The notes beneath the pieces are model-generated. The model was given only the letters and a program-made list of their open reading frames with translations. It ran no database searches and had not been told where the DNA came from. This document shows, piece by piece, positions 39,901 through 54,400 of a stretch of 64,000 bases of DNA. The position numbers and the translations under genes were made by a program. The stretch lies in the NCBI GenBank assembly GCA_964016885.1, contig OZ024755.1, forward strand, positions 21,204,001 to 21,268,000. The letters run 5' to 3'. How positions within the stretch are numbered: position 1 is the first letter of the stretch; every line of letters starts with the position of its first letter. The stretch comes from Eledone cirrhosa (lineage: Eukaryota).

Positions 39901-42900
39901 CACTTTTGTTGGGAGTGGCAGATAGTATATTACTGTTGTGACACTTCTGTTGGGAGTGGCAGATAGTATATTACTGTTGTGACACTTCTGTAGGAGTGGT
40001 AGATAATATATTACTGTTGTGACACTTCTATTGGGAGTGGCAGATAGTATATTACTGTTGTGACACTTCTATTGGGAGTGGCAGATAGTATATTACTGTT
40101 GTGACACTTCTGTTGGGAGTGGCAGATAGTATATTACTGTCGGGAGTGGCAGATAGTATATTACTGTTGTGACACTTTTGTTGGGTGTGGCAGATAGTAT
40201 ATTACTGTTGTGACACTTTTGTTGGGAATGGCAGATAGTATATTACTATTGTGACACTTCTGTTGGGAGTGGCAGATAGTATATTAGTGTTGTGACACTT
40301 CTGTAGGAGTGGTAGATAATATATTACTGTTGTGACACTTCTGTAGGAGTGGTAGATAATATATTACTGTTGTGACACTTCTATTGGGAGTGGCAGATAG
40401 TATATTACTGTTGTGACACTTCTGTTGGGAGTGGCAGATAGTATATTACTGTTGTGACACTTTTGTTGGGAGTGGCAGATAGTATATTACTGTTGTGACA
40501 CTTCTGTTGGGAGTGGCAGATAGTATATTACTATTGTGACACTTCTGTTGGGAGTGGCAGATAGTATATTACTATTGTGACACTTTTGTTGGGAGTGGCA
40601 GATAGTATATTACTGTTGTGACACTTCTGTTGGGAGTGGCAGATAGTATATTACTGTTGTGACACTTCTGTTGGGAGTGGCAGATAATATATTACTGTTG
40701 TGACACTTCTGTTGGGAGTGGTAGATAGTATATTACTATTGTGACACTTCTGTTGGGAGTGGCAGATAGTATATTACTATTGTGACACTTTTGTTGGGAG
40801 TGGCAGATAGTATATTACTGTTGTGACACTTCTGTTGGGAGTGGCAGATAGTATATTACTGTTGTGACACTTCTGTTGGGAGTGGCAGATAGTATATTAC
40901 TGTTGTGACACTTTTGTTGGGAGTGGCAGATAGTATATTACTGTTGTGACACTTCTGTTGGGAGTGGCAGATAGTATATTACTGTTGTGACACTTCTGTT
41001 GGGAGTGGCAGATAGTATATTACTATTGTGACACTTTTGTAGTAGTGGTAGATAGTATATTACTATTGTGACACTTTTGTTGGGAGTGGCAGATAGTATA
41101 TTACTGTTGTGACACTTTTGTTGGGAGTCGCAGATAGTATATTACTGTTGTGACACTTCTGTTGGACTGGTAGATAGTATATTACTATTGTGACACTTCT
41201 GTAGGAGTGGCAGATAGTATATTACTATTGTGACACTTCTGTAGGAGTGGCAGATAGTATATTACTATTGTGACACTTTTGTTAGGAGTGGTAGATAGTA
41301 TATTACTATTGTGACACTTCTGTTGGGAGTGGCAGATAGTATATTACTATTGTGACACTTCTGTAGGAGTGGCAGATAGTATATTACTATTGTGACACTT
41401 TTGTTAGGAGTGGCAGATAGTATATTACTATTGTGACACTTCTGTTAGGAGTGGCATATAGTATATTACTATTGTGACACTTCTGTAGGAGTGGCAGATA
41501 GTATATTACTATTGTGACACTTTTGTTAGGAGTGGCAGATAGTATATTACTATTGTGACACTTCTGTTGGGAGTGGCAGATAGTATATTACTATTGTGAC
41601 ACTTTTGTAGGAGTGGCAGATAGTATATTACTGTTGTGACACTTCTGTTAGGAGTGGTAGATAATATATTACTGTTGTGACACTTCTGTTGGGAGTGGTA
41701 GATAGTATATTACTGTTGTGACACTTTTGTAGGAGTGGCAGATAGTATATTACTGTTGTGACACTTCTGTAGCAGTGGCAGATAGTATATTAGTATTGTG
41801 ACACTTCTGTTGGGAGTGGTAGATAGTATATTACTGTTGTGACACTTCTGTTGGGAGTGGTAGATAGTATATTACTATTGTGACACTTTTGTAGGAGTGG
41901 CAGATAGTATATTACTATTGTGACACTTCTGTTGGAGTGGTAGATAGTATATTACTGTTGTGACACTTCTGTAGGAGTGGCAGATAGTATATTACTGTTG
42001 TGACACTTCTGTAGGAGTGGTAGATAGTATATTACTGTTGTGACACTTCTGTAGGAGTGGTAGATAATATATTTCTATTGTGAAACTTCTGTTGGAGTGG
42101 CAGATAGTATATTACTGTTGTGACACTTCTGTTGGGAGTGGCAGATATTATATTACTGTTGTGACACTTTTGTAGGAGTGGCAGATAGTATATTACTGTT
42201 GTGACACTTCTGTAGCAGTGGCAGATAGTATATTGCTGTTGTGACACTTCTATTGGGAGTGGCAGATAGTATATTACTATTGTGACACTTCTGTTGGGAG
42301 TGGTAGATAGTATATTAGTGTTGTGACACTTCTGTTGGAGTGGCAGATAGTATATTACTATTGTGACACTTCTGTCGGGAGTGGTAGATAGTATATTACT
42401 GTTGTGACACTTCTGTTGGAGTGGCAGATAGTATATTACTATTGTGATACTTCTGTTGGGAGTGGCAGATAGTATATGACTGTTGTGACACTTCTGTTGG
42501 GAGTGGTAGATAGTATATTACTGTTGTGACACTTCTGTTAGGAGTGGCAGATAGTATATTACTGTTGTGACACTTCTGTTGGGAGTGGCAGATAGTATAT
42601 TACTATTGTGACACTTTTGTTGGAGTGGCAGATAGTATATTACTGTTGTGACACTTCTGTTGGGAGTGGCAGATATTATATTACTGTTGTGACACTTTTG
42701 TAGGAGTGGCAGATAGTATATTACTATTGTGACACTTTTGTTGGGAGTGGCAGATAGTATATTACTGTTGTGACACTTCTGTTAGGAGTGGCAGATAGTA
42801 TATTACTATTGTGACACTTCTGTTAGGAGTGGTAGATAGTATATTACTGTTGTGACACTCCTGTTGGGAGTGGCAGATAGTATATTACTGTTGTGACACT

Positions 42901-45900
42901 TTTGTAGGAGTGGCAGATAGTATATTACTGTTGTGACACTTCTGTAGGAGTGGTAGATAGTATATTACTGTTGTGACACTTCTGTAGGAGTGGTAGATAG
43001 TATATTACTGTTGTGACACTTCTGTTGGGAGTGGTAGATAGTATATTACTGTTGTGACACTTTTGTAGGAGTAGCAGATAGTATATTACTGTTGTGACAC
43101 TTCTGTAGGAGTGGTAGATAGTATATTACTGTTGTGACACTTCTGTTGGGAGTGGTAGATAATATATTACTGTTGTGACACTTCTGTAGGAGTGGCAGAT
43201 AGTATATTACTATTGTGACACTTCTGTTGGGAGTGGCAGATATTATATTACTGTTGTGACACTTCTGTTAGGAGTGGCAGATAGTATATTACTGTTGTGA
43301 CACTTTTGTTAGGAGTGGCAGATAATATTTTACTGTTGTGACACTTCTGTTGGGAGTGGCAGATAGTATATTTCTTTGGTGACACTTTTGTAGGAGTGGC
43401 AGATAGTATATTACTGTTGTGACACTTCTGTAGGAGTGGCAGATAGTATATTACTATTGTGACACTTCTGTTAGGAGTGGCAGATAGTATATTACTATCG
43501 TGACACTTCTGTTAGGAGTGGTAGATAGTATATTACTGTTGTGACACTTCTGTTGGGAGTGGCAGATAGTATATTACTGTTGTGACACTTCTGTTAGGAG
43601 TGGCAGATAGTATATTACTGTTGTGACACTTCTGCAGGAGTGGCAGATAGTATATTACTGTTGGGAGTGGCAGATAGTATATTACTGTTGTGACACTTCT
43701 GTAGGAGTGGCAGATAGTATATTACTGTTGTGACACTTCTGTTGGGAGTGGCAGATAGTATATTACTGTTGTGACACTTCTGTAGGAGTGGCAGATAGTA
43801 TATTACTATTGTGACACTTCTGTTAGGAGTGGTAGATAGTATATTACTATTGTGACACTTCTGTTGGAGTGGCAGATAATATATTACTATTGTGACACTT
43901 CTGTTGGGAGTGTCAGCTAGTATATTACTGTTGTGACACTTCTGTAGGAGTGGCAGATAGTATATTACTGTTGTGACACTTCTGTAGGAGTGGCAGATAG
44001 TATATTTCTTTGGTGACACTTCTGTTAGGAGTGGCAAATAGTATATTACTGTTGGGAGTGGCACATCTGAAGGAGTGGCAGATAGTATATTACTATTGTG
44101 ACACTTCTGTTAGGAGCGGTAGATAGTATATTACTATTGTGACACTTTTGTTAGGAGTGGCAAATAGTATCTTCCTTTGGTGACGCTTAGTGGCAAATAG
44201 TACACTCCTTCTCCAGGAAGTTGACTTCTTGTGGGATATCTAATAATGTAACCATGAAATATTCTTAAATACTAATTGAAATGTATCATCTATGTTCTAT
44301 TCTTTGGTCTAAATTAATATAGTCATCATTAGAAAAACAAAATACTACATTTAGTTATATAGTTACTGCTTAAAAAGGTATTGAAGGAATATATCTATAT
44401 AACATTGAGGATATTAGAGAACTATGCAAGATATCTCTATGATAACATTGTGCATGTTAGAGATCCATGAAAAATATCTATTTTATAACATTGTCGATAT
44501 TAGAGACCATGTAAGATATTTATATGATAACATTGTCAATATTAGAGATCCATGTAAGATATCTATATTGTAACATTGTCGATATTAGAGATCCATGTAA
44601 GATATCTATATTGTAACATTGTAGATATTAGAGATCATTGGAAGATATTTATATGATAACATTGTGGATAGAGATCCATGTGAGATATCTATATTATAAC
44701 ATTGTCGATATTAGAGATCCATGTAAGACATCTCTATATGATAACATTGTGGATATTAGAGATCCATGTAAGATATCTATATGATAACATTGTGGATATT
44801 AGAGATCCATCTATATATAATAATAATAAATAAATAATAAAATAATAATAATGAAATTATTGTGTACAGTGCTCAGGTGCACTACAACTCATCAAAGGTG
44901 CATGTATAGTACATAGAATAATGTACAAATGTCAGGAAAATGAATATATATGCTAACATTGAAGATTTTAGAGATTGCTAAGAAATAATTTAAATGTGAT
45001 GTTTTACTATAATAGTGGTTTATTGTTCTGTCTTTCAACAGTATTGTAGTTGACTTTTCATCCTTCCAGGGTTGATATATATATATATATATCTATGTAT
45101 ACATGGTCAGTCTGTGGTGACATGTCCAACCTTTGCTAGCAGGAAAACAGATATTAACCCTTTACTCTATATATACTGTTGTATTTTTGTGGTAAAGGCT
45201 TTATCTTGCGTAATAATTTCACATGATATTGAATCTATAAGATTTTGATGTTATTTATTTTGAGAACAATACCTTAACATTGATATGAGTGGCTAGTTAT
45301 AGCCAGTTTGAACAGAAAGAGGTGAGAGAATTCAGGCTGGATGTGGCCGGTTTAAATGCTAAAGGGTTAAACGATGATGATGATTGCAAAAAGCTAATCT
45401 TGACTTAAATATATATCCCTACTTCTCTTATAAAATGAATGTTAAACGATGATGATGATGATGATATAGCAATAGGCTGATCTTGACTTAATCATATATA
45501 TATCTCTACTTCACTTATAAAATGACTGTTGTGTCTAGACAACTTTAGTGTTTCATATTATCTTTTCCATTTGTGGTATTTTATTATTTCAGTCTTTTGT
45601 TTTGGCTCTTGGGGCCAATAAAGAAATATTTCACTTTTTTACACACATTGTTAGACTATGTTGAATGTGGGAATTCATGTTAAAAAGATTTTTTAAATTC
45701 ATTGATAATCCAATATATTATATAATTTATATTGTATATATTATATAATACATATATATATAATATAACATGTAGTATATAATATATATATATGTATATA
45801 TATGATATATACACGTACACACACAGTCTACTTCAAAATATGTATATTTGTTTGTTTGTATTTTTTTTTTTTTAAATATGCGTCAAAGTTGAACTTTGGA

Positions 45901-48357
45901 ATTTCTTGTAGGTCCCCTCTCGGAGGGTTCACGTCAAAAAAGAATATTTGTATACAGATATGAACAGCTCTGAGGATGGGGGGGAGGTAAGCAAATTTTG
46001 TAACTCACTATAATCAAATTATTATAATGACTAATGAAGTTCATTTGAGCTATTTCATTTTAAATGAGTTAGCTTACCTCTGTTTCCTTTAATTTCATGC
46101 ACATAAAACATTCAACATATTTCATATATTTTATTTCCAACCTAACTAGCAATTTTACTACATTTCCATTGTTATATATTATGTTAATAATAAGATCGTT
46201 GTTGTTCCAATCTGTCCAAAAATCACTGAGCAAATACCCTAAACTGAACGTCTACCTACACTCATGATTTTCTGCTAAACCAACCTGTGACCCACCCTCC
46301 ATATTTGGCAAACCAAACACGAACTGCCTACCTTCCCAAACTCGACAAACTGAACAGGACCTCAGCAATATTATATTACATAGATATTCGGACGATTTGA
46401 TAAATTCTGACCTTGCACACTTGCACCTCTCTAAGACAATGTCACTGGACCGAGATCTTTGGTGCCACGTAGTAATACAGAAGACTCGCCTTGCCTATGT
46501 ACAAAGCGAAATCTACAGTCAGTAGGCACCTCTTAACCAAATATACACCGCAACCCACTACCCCTACTCCATCCCCCATTCCCACCGACACCACCCTTTC
46601 TCTGTAAAATTGGTACCACAACATCGAGTCCAAATTAATGAGATTGAGATCGTGTAGGTGTCATGACAAAAAACACACAGTCCATGCTGTAATGTGGCCA
46701 TGTAGGTAACACGGTAAAAAGTTCCCAGTTCCACACTGTATGTGGTTGGTGTTAAGAAGGGCATCCAGTCGTAGAAAACCTGCCAGATAGTCCTATACAA
46801 GCGAGACACGGTCACTTGACCAATCTTGCCTCAAATTGGTACAAGTCCCGTCTAACCCATGCTAGCGTGGAAGATAGACGTTAAATGATGATGATGATGT
46901 TGATATATATCAGCCAGGGGAATTTTATTAAAATTAGAACCTACAATAACAATATTTTAATAAAAACGATATCTACCTTTAGTTGGGAGCTGTTTTCTAC
47001 CACCCACCTTATTTTTTGTTTCTCAACCAACACTGTCTCTGTTTATTATATGGTTTTGTTGCTTGTATTTAATGTGATAACAGTATATAGCAGATAAGCT
47101 GTCAAGTCTTCAAGCTTACTGTTACTGACTCTAGCTAATTCCTTTCACTTACGTCATAAACCCTGCAGGGAAAAGTAGTATTGTCTTCCTTTTCTATATT
47201 AGCAGGAGTAATTAATTATTGGAAAATACTTATGATTAGGGAAAAAAACAAAAACAACCCAAATAACTTTATTTACTAGACTTACATTGAATGAAATAAA
47301 ATAGTTAGTAATGCTAGGTGGCAGTACATGGCCTAGTGGTAAGGGTGTTGGACTTACAATCATAATATTGTGGATTTGATTCCTGGACTGGGTTGTGTGT
47401 TGTGTTCTTGGGAAAACCATTTTAAATTCACATTGCTCCAGTATACTCAGCTGAAAACGAGTACCAACAGCAATAGCTGGGGTGTTTAACTCTTGCAATG
47501 GACTGGCGTCCTGTCTAGTGAGTCTTATACTCTCAGTCACTTAATGCTACAGAAACTCAGATAAGCACCGGCCTGAGGAGCTTCCGGTGGTTCTGAGAAC
47601 TATCAAAGATTCCTTATTCTAGTAATGAATCCATAAGTGACACTTTCACTGCACCACTTAACTATGTTTGATGACAATGTACCACTTCCTATGAATTACT
47701 TCCTGACCTATTGTTTTTTGTTATTTTGTTTATAATCTCTAAATAATAATTTTACATTTGAAATAATGATTTCTGATTTAGGCACAAGAAAAGGTGATTA
47801 AATCAACCGTAGTGCATTATTAGTACTTTATCCCCCCCCCCCCCCCCCTCTCATTCGTAAGGATGAATGATAAAGTTAACTTCGGTGGGATTTGAATTCA
47901 AAATAATGCAAATGATAATTAACTGTGTTTGTATCTGAAACTATCCTAGATTCTACAATACAAATCTCTGATTAAACCATCTGAAAATATCCCTGGTTCT
48001 ATAGTACAAACCTGTCAGACTTAACCATCTGAAATTCCCTGGTTTTACAATATAAATCTTTGGCTAAACCATCTGAAACTATCCTTGGTTTTACAATAGA
48101 AAACCCTCTGACTAAACCATCTGAAACTGTCCGTGGTTCTACAATACAAAAACACTGTTTAAAAAGTTTATATTTATGTAGAAAAACCTTTCATCATAAT
48201 TTTAAGAACCTTAGTTATGTTCCAAACATCAGCTTTATAACGAGAATGTTATTTCACTAAATCCCTCCAGTTTCTTGATTATTTTAAAATTGAGGCAGTG
48301 TTTTTCACTAGAAATATGGAAGCAAAAAGGATAAATTATGTGAAAGTATTGGGCAGG

Positions 48358-48410
<53 letters not shown>

Positions 48411-51400
48411 CCACCATCACCAGGTTTCCCTTCTAGCAAGGGTTGGATTTCAGAAAGGTTAAATACTATGAAAAGATTCACAACCCATTCCTGCAAAGAG
48501 AAACATTAACCTTCTTGATACCAAACTGCTTGAAACTGCCTCTTGTTTTATGATACTTCATTTTAGAGTGTTGATATTTATCTAAAAACCAACCATCATA
48601 CTTTTATGTAAGAACCTTTATTAATTTATGTTGCAAACACTAATTTAATAATGAGAAAGTTAGATATATTACTAAACCACACCAAATCCTTGATTATTTT
48701 GAAGGCAATTTGAAAATCACAGAATGTCTTTCATTAGAAATATGGTAAGGAAAGGATTAAAATGTAAATGACAATTCTCATATAAATTTTAATTCATATA
48801 TTTAACTCCTGAAATAACGAGAGAGTAAAACAAATATTTTTCTTTCTTGTGAGCCCTGCGAGGTGGAGTAGCTGTTCCTGTGCATCTCCCTTGCCGTCCT
48901 CCAGGGCAATGTATTCTCCATCATGTTGGTCGGGACCCAGAGGTGGGGGAGTAAGTTAGTTGGTTGTGGAGGATACTCGTTCGGACATCACTTTCACTCA
49001 TGAAACATAGTTACTAAGTGACGGGAAATTGTGAAGAATCATAGTTGTTGGTAAAACAACATTTTGTCTGTTGGTTTCACAACAGCTAAGTAAATGTATT
49101 CATGTTAAACCTCACGATTGTAAGGTCCCGATATATGTATATTGATAATAAAGTTTTTCAGCTATTAAGGATTAATAAACCTGCTAGCACCTCCTCTACC
49201 ATTTTTAGCAGAAACTTCATCCACTCATGTTTTTAACAATATAGATTAAGTAAGCCTGCTAGTACTTCATCTACCATTTTTAGCAGACACTTTATCCACT
49301 CATATTTTTAACAATATGGATTAAGTAAGCCTGCTAGTACCTCCTCTACCATTTTTAGCAGACACTTTATCCACTCATATTTTTAACAATACTTGTGTAT
49401 CCAGTTTAGACTAGTTACATCCCAACCTGTCATAAAAAGTGACTAAAAGGTTTGGTGTCAGGAAGGGCATTCAGCTGTAAAACATTGCCTCAGAAAGCCA
49501 TGTCATCCTGGAAAAGTCAACATAAAAATGACGCTGATGATAATTTAATAAATTTACTCTTTCTATTTAAATTATTTGGTACATAGTCAGTTTTCTCGTT
49601 GACTTCATTTATTTCACTAATTGAATACAAATTTATTTGATTTAATTCACCACTCCTTATGTTGTGTTTCTTTACTTGAATTGAAGGCTAAAATAATATA
49701 TGAATCATCATAAATGTGTTAAAAAGAAATAAAGTAATAAAGAAATATTATAAAAATGAGCTAATAATGTGTCTTAGAATATTCCATATGCCAGAATCTT
49801 AAAATAAATATACAATAAATCAACTAATGTTTAACTTAGCTATTTTGATACCAACACAGCCAAAACTGGCTCTGGTTTTAAGAAACTAAACTTCCCATTT
49901 TAAAGGGTTCCTATTTCAATTAAAATCTTTCAACTTAATTTTAGATAAAAACTATGTCAACTTAGAATCTTAGTAATTAAATAATTAATTAAAATACTGT
50001 GTATTTCATTAGAAATATAGTTCTTCCAACTTAATTTTATATAAGAACTATGTTAACTTACTATCTTAGTATTGAAATAATTAATTGTAGTAAATTCATC
50101 AAAATTCTTCATTAATTAATTACGATGCAGTCACAAAAGAGTTAATGAGCTAGTTTCAATTTAAATTTTATATTTAAACTTAATCCAATGTGAAATGTAT
50201 CAGAACTATTAATATACAACATGATTGGTATTGGAGAAACAGTTGTGTTGTGAAAGTATTTTCTCCAGTTATGAAAGTTGGCTGAAAAGTTCATAGGCTG
50301 ACCAAGATACTCTCATGGAATGACTAAATTAGGTTTATTTTTCAACATAGTCTCTGGAAAGAAACAATTAGTTATTAATAAGAATTGAAATTAATGCATG
50401 CAAGATTTCACAGCTCTAGCATCAATCCTTCATAATCAGCCTATGAACTTTTCAGTTGACCCTCGTATATCAGCTCTTTTAGATATGATGATAAATCTCT
50501 GATCAATTGCTGTGATGAGGTTTGAATCATGTAGTTCAATCTAGTCTCCTGATTAGACATTGAATAAAAAGATGGTTATATTGTAACCCTGTGAAGGCTC
50601 GGGATCTAGAGGTTAGGGTCCTAAACTCAGGATCACAAGATCATAGGTTTAATTCCTCAACCAGGTGGAACAGTGTGTTCTTGAGCAATGCTTAACTTCA
50701 TGTTACTTTTCATGATAAGAACTGGGGGCTCCTATCATTGAAACATTTCAGAAATCTTTTATGAAATTCAACCTTATGGGTCCGGCTAAACCTGCAAATA
50801 TGGGTGGGAGCTGTAAATTAAATCTTTTTAGTGTGCATACATGTGTTTAATTAGAAGATCTAGCAAGCCAAGTTCACAATCGAGTTTAAATTTCAAGTTA
50901 AAGCTATCTTCCCTAACATACATTGCTAATATCTTGTGGAAAATCATGAACATATATTTCTATTTCCTTCCTCTATGGATCTTGTGTCTGTCTAAGGAAT
51001 CTACATTCATATATTTATATGTATTGTGCTAATCCATTAATGTTTCTTATATTTACTAATTTTTCACATCTTTTTTTCTATTAACAGATTCCGTTGGAGC
51101 AAATCATCAATGCTCAACTCAGCAGTTTTGCCTTAAGCCCTGATGCTTCATTCAGTAGTCTATCTAACAGTAGCACCATATCAGAAGTGAGGTTAGTCAT
51201 TGTTTTGCCTTAAGCCTATTCTATCCAATAGTAGTACCATATCAGAAGTGAGGTTAGTCATTGTTTTGCCTTAAGCCTATTCTATCCAATAGTAGCACCA
51301 TATCAGAAGTGAGGTTAGTCATTGTTTTGCCTTAAGCCTACTCTATCCAATAGTAGTACCATATCAGAAGTGAGGTTAGTCATTGTTTTGCCTTAAGCCT

Positions 51401-54400
51401 ATTCTATCCAATAGTAGTACCATATCAGAAGTGAGGTTAGTCAGTGTTTTGCCTTAAGCCTATTCTATCCAATAGTAGCACCATATCAGAAGTGAGGTTA
51501 GTCATTGTTTTGCCTTAAGCCTATTCTATCCAATAGTAGTACCATATCAGAAGTGAGGTTAGTCATTGTTTTGCCTTAAGCCTACTCTATCCAATAGTAG
51601 TACCATATCAGAAGTGAGGTTAGTCAGTGTTTTGCCTTAAGCCTACTCTATCCAATAGTAGTACCATATCAGAAGTGAGGTTAGTCATTGTTTTGCCTTA
51701 AGCCTACTCTATCCAATAGTAGTACCATATCAGAAGTGAGGTTAGTCATTGTTTTGCCTTAAGCCTATTCTATCCAATAGTAGTACCATATCAGAAGTGA
51801 GGTTAGTCAGTGTTTTGCCTTAAGCCTACTCTATCCAATAGTAGCACCATATCAGAAGTGAGGTTAGTCATTGTTTTGCCTTAAGCCTACTCTATCCAAT
51901 AGTAGTACCATATCAGAAGTGAGGTTAGTCAGTGTTTTGCCTTAAGCCTACTCTATCCAATAGTAGCACCATATCAGAAGTGAGGTTAGTCATTGTTTTG
52001 CCTTAAGCCTACTCTATCCAATAGTAGTACCATATCAGAAGTGAGGTTAGTCATTGTTTTGCCTTAAGCCTATTCTATCCAATAGTAGTACCATATCAGA
52101 AGTGAGGTTAGTCAGTGTTTTGCCTTAAGCCTATTCTATCCAATAGTAGCACCATATCAGAAGTGAGGTTAGTCATTGTTTTGCCTTAAGCCTTTTCTAT
52201 CCAATAGTAGTACCATATCAGAAGTGAGGTTAGTCATTGTTTTGCCTTAAGCCTACTCTATCCAATAGTAGTACCATATCAGAAGTGAGGTTAGTCAGTG
52301 TTTTGCCTTAAGCCTACTCTATCCAATAGTAGTACCATATCAGAAGTGAGGTTAGTCATTGTTTTGCCTTAAGCCTACTCTATCCAATAGTAGTACCATA
52401 TCAGAAGTGAGGTTAGTCATTGTTTTGCCTTAAGCCTATTCTATCCAATAGTAGTACCATATCAGAAGTGAGGTTAGTCAGTGTTTTGCCTTAAGCCTAC
52501 TCTATCCAATAGTAGCACCATATCAGAAGTGAGGTTAGTCATTGTTTTGCCTTAAGCCTACTCTATCCAATAGTAGTACCATATCAGAAGTGAGGTTAGT
52601 CAGTGTTTTGCCTTAAGCCTACTCTATCCAATAGTAGCACCATATCAGAAGTGAGAGAAGTTGTTGTTTTGCCATAACCCTTTAGCATTTACATTACTCT
52701 ATATATATTATTGTATTTTTGTGGTAAATAATAATATCAAATCTACGAGATTTTGATATTATTTATTTTGAGAACAATGCCTTAACATCTGTATGAGTGG
52801 CCAGTTACAGCTGGTTTGAACAGAAAGAGGTGAGAGAATTCTGGCTGGATATGGCCAGTTTACCTGAAAATATTTTAGGACTCTAACACTCACCCATGAT
52901 GTTTCCCAATCTCAGAACAGAATAGTTGAGACTTTGAGAAGAAATATTTTAAATTAAAAAATATTGCTTAGAAACCTTTTACAGCAACAGTATAATGACT
53001 GCATGGCAACTTAGAGGAAAAATTGTAGGATGTTAATAGCAATGTTGCCTTCACAAACATAAAAAATTCCAAATGAGGAATATATCCCTAATATCACTAT
53101 ATGTTGTTGTCTCTTTATATATTTGCAGGACTCCACTGGGCATGGGCCAACCACAAGTGTGTACAGTAGATTCAGCCATCATTCAGACCAGTTCACCTAA
53201 AATTGGAACTTCAAATACCTCAGTGTAAGAACATAACTACATTTTTCAATGTGTTTCTGTGCATGTGATGTGTGTTATTTACATCATCTGATTTTGTGTA
53301 TATGGAGTAGGAAGATTTGGGATGAGGTGATAAAAGCTGACTTTGCACAATTGTATCTCTCAAAGGACTGTGATCTTTGGCATGTGATACATGTTATTTG
53401 CATCATTGGATTGTTTGTATATGGAGTAGGAACACTTGGGATGAGGTGATAAAAGCTGACCTTGCACTTTTGCACCTCTCAAAGACTATAACACTGGACC
53501 ATGATTTCTGGCATTATGCAGTAATACAGAAGACCTGTCTTCCCATGTGCATGGGTTGAAGCATACATATAGTATGCACCACCTCCCTCGTCCTAACACT
53601 CCACCCATGTCTTAACACCCCACCTCCTCATCCAATGAGTGAGGGAGTGGGGCATTCCACAGACGGGTACCCTTAATGGGTGAAATGACTGGCTTTTTGA
53701 ATTACATATATAATTTATATTTTCTAACTTAGTGTATGAGAGCAATGTGAAATAAAGTGTCTTATTCGAAGACAATGTGAAATCTGGAATCAAACTCACT
53801 AGTTTACAGGATGTCAAGAGTTAACCACTAAGCCATGAACCTTCTCAATTTAGGTATTGGATAGTATGGTATAGTCCTGTAACTCCTGATGGCGTCATAG
53901 GGGTGCCATATTGATATACGCTGTTTCTTGGGCATTTTAAGCCTGGCAGAGCCCATCCTTCTCCAGGCCTGCAACTTAGGTATAACTGCACCTAATTTAT
54001 TGGTTTTATACTGAATTTTCTCTTTAGCAGTTGTTCTCTTGCCATTTCTTCCAGGTCATCTGCTAGCAGTCTCAATTCTCCGACATCTGTGACTGTCGCT
54101 TCACCATCCATAAACCAAAAACCACCTTCAGAAACACCGGAACCTGTATTTCAAGTCAGTTTTAGTTTACTTCTTGTTGTTTATATATGTTCCTGTAATT
54201 TACTGTTATGTGTTGTGACTGGTTGAGAAGAATGATCGAAATAAATGTGGAAAGTGGAAGATTGGAAGACCAAGAAAGATGGGTGATAGTTAAGTCATGT
54301 GTTGTGGTTGGTTGAGAAGAGTGATGGAAATAAATTGGGAAATGAGAAGAGGAAAGGTAAAACCAAGATAGACATGGCTAAGATGTCAGAGAAGGAAATG

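Noticed and set aside
48850-49030. GC-richer unique island in TFCP2 intron 9 with GA|GTAAGT donor
   Set aside because: No convincing acceptor, frame or RNA motif could be established by eye.
51187-51192. Alternative donor GAA|GTGAGG for exon 10
   Set aside because: A phase 0 join to exon 11 meets an in-frame TAA; the AG|GTTAGT donor keeps the frame.
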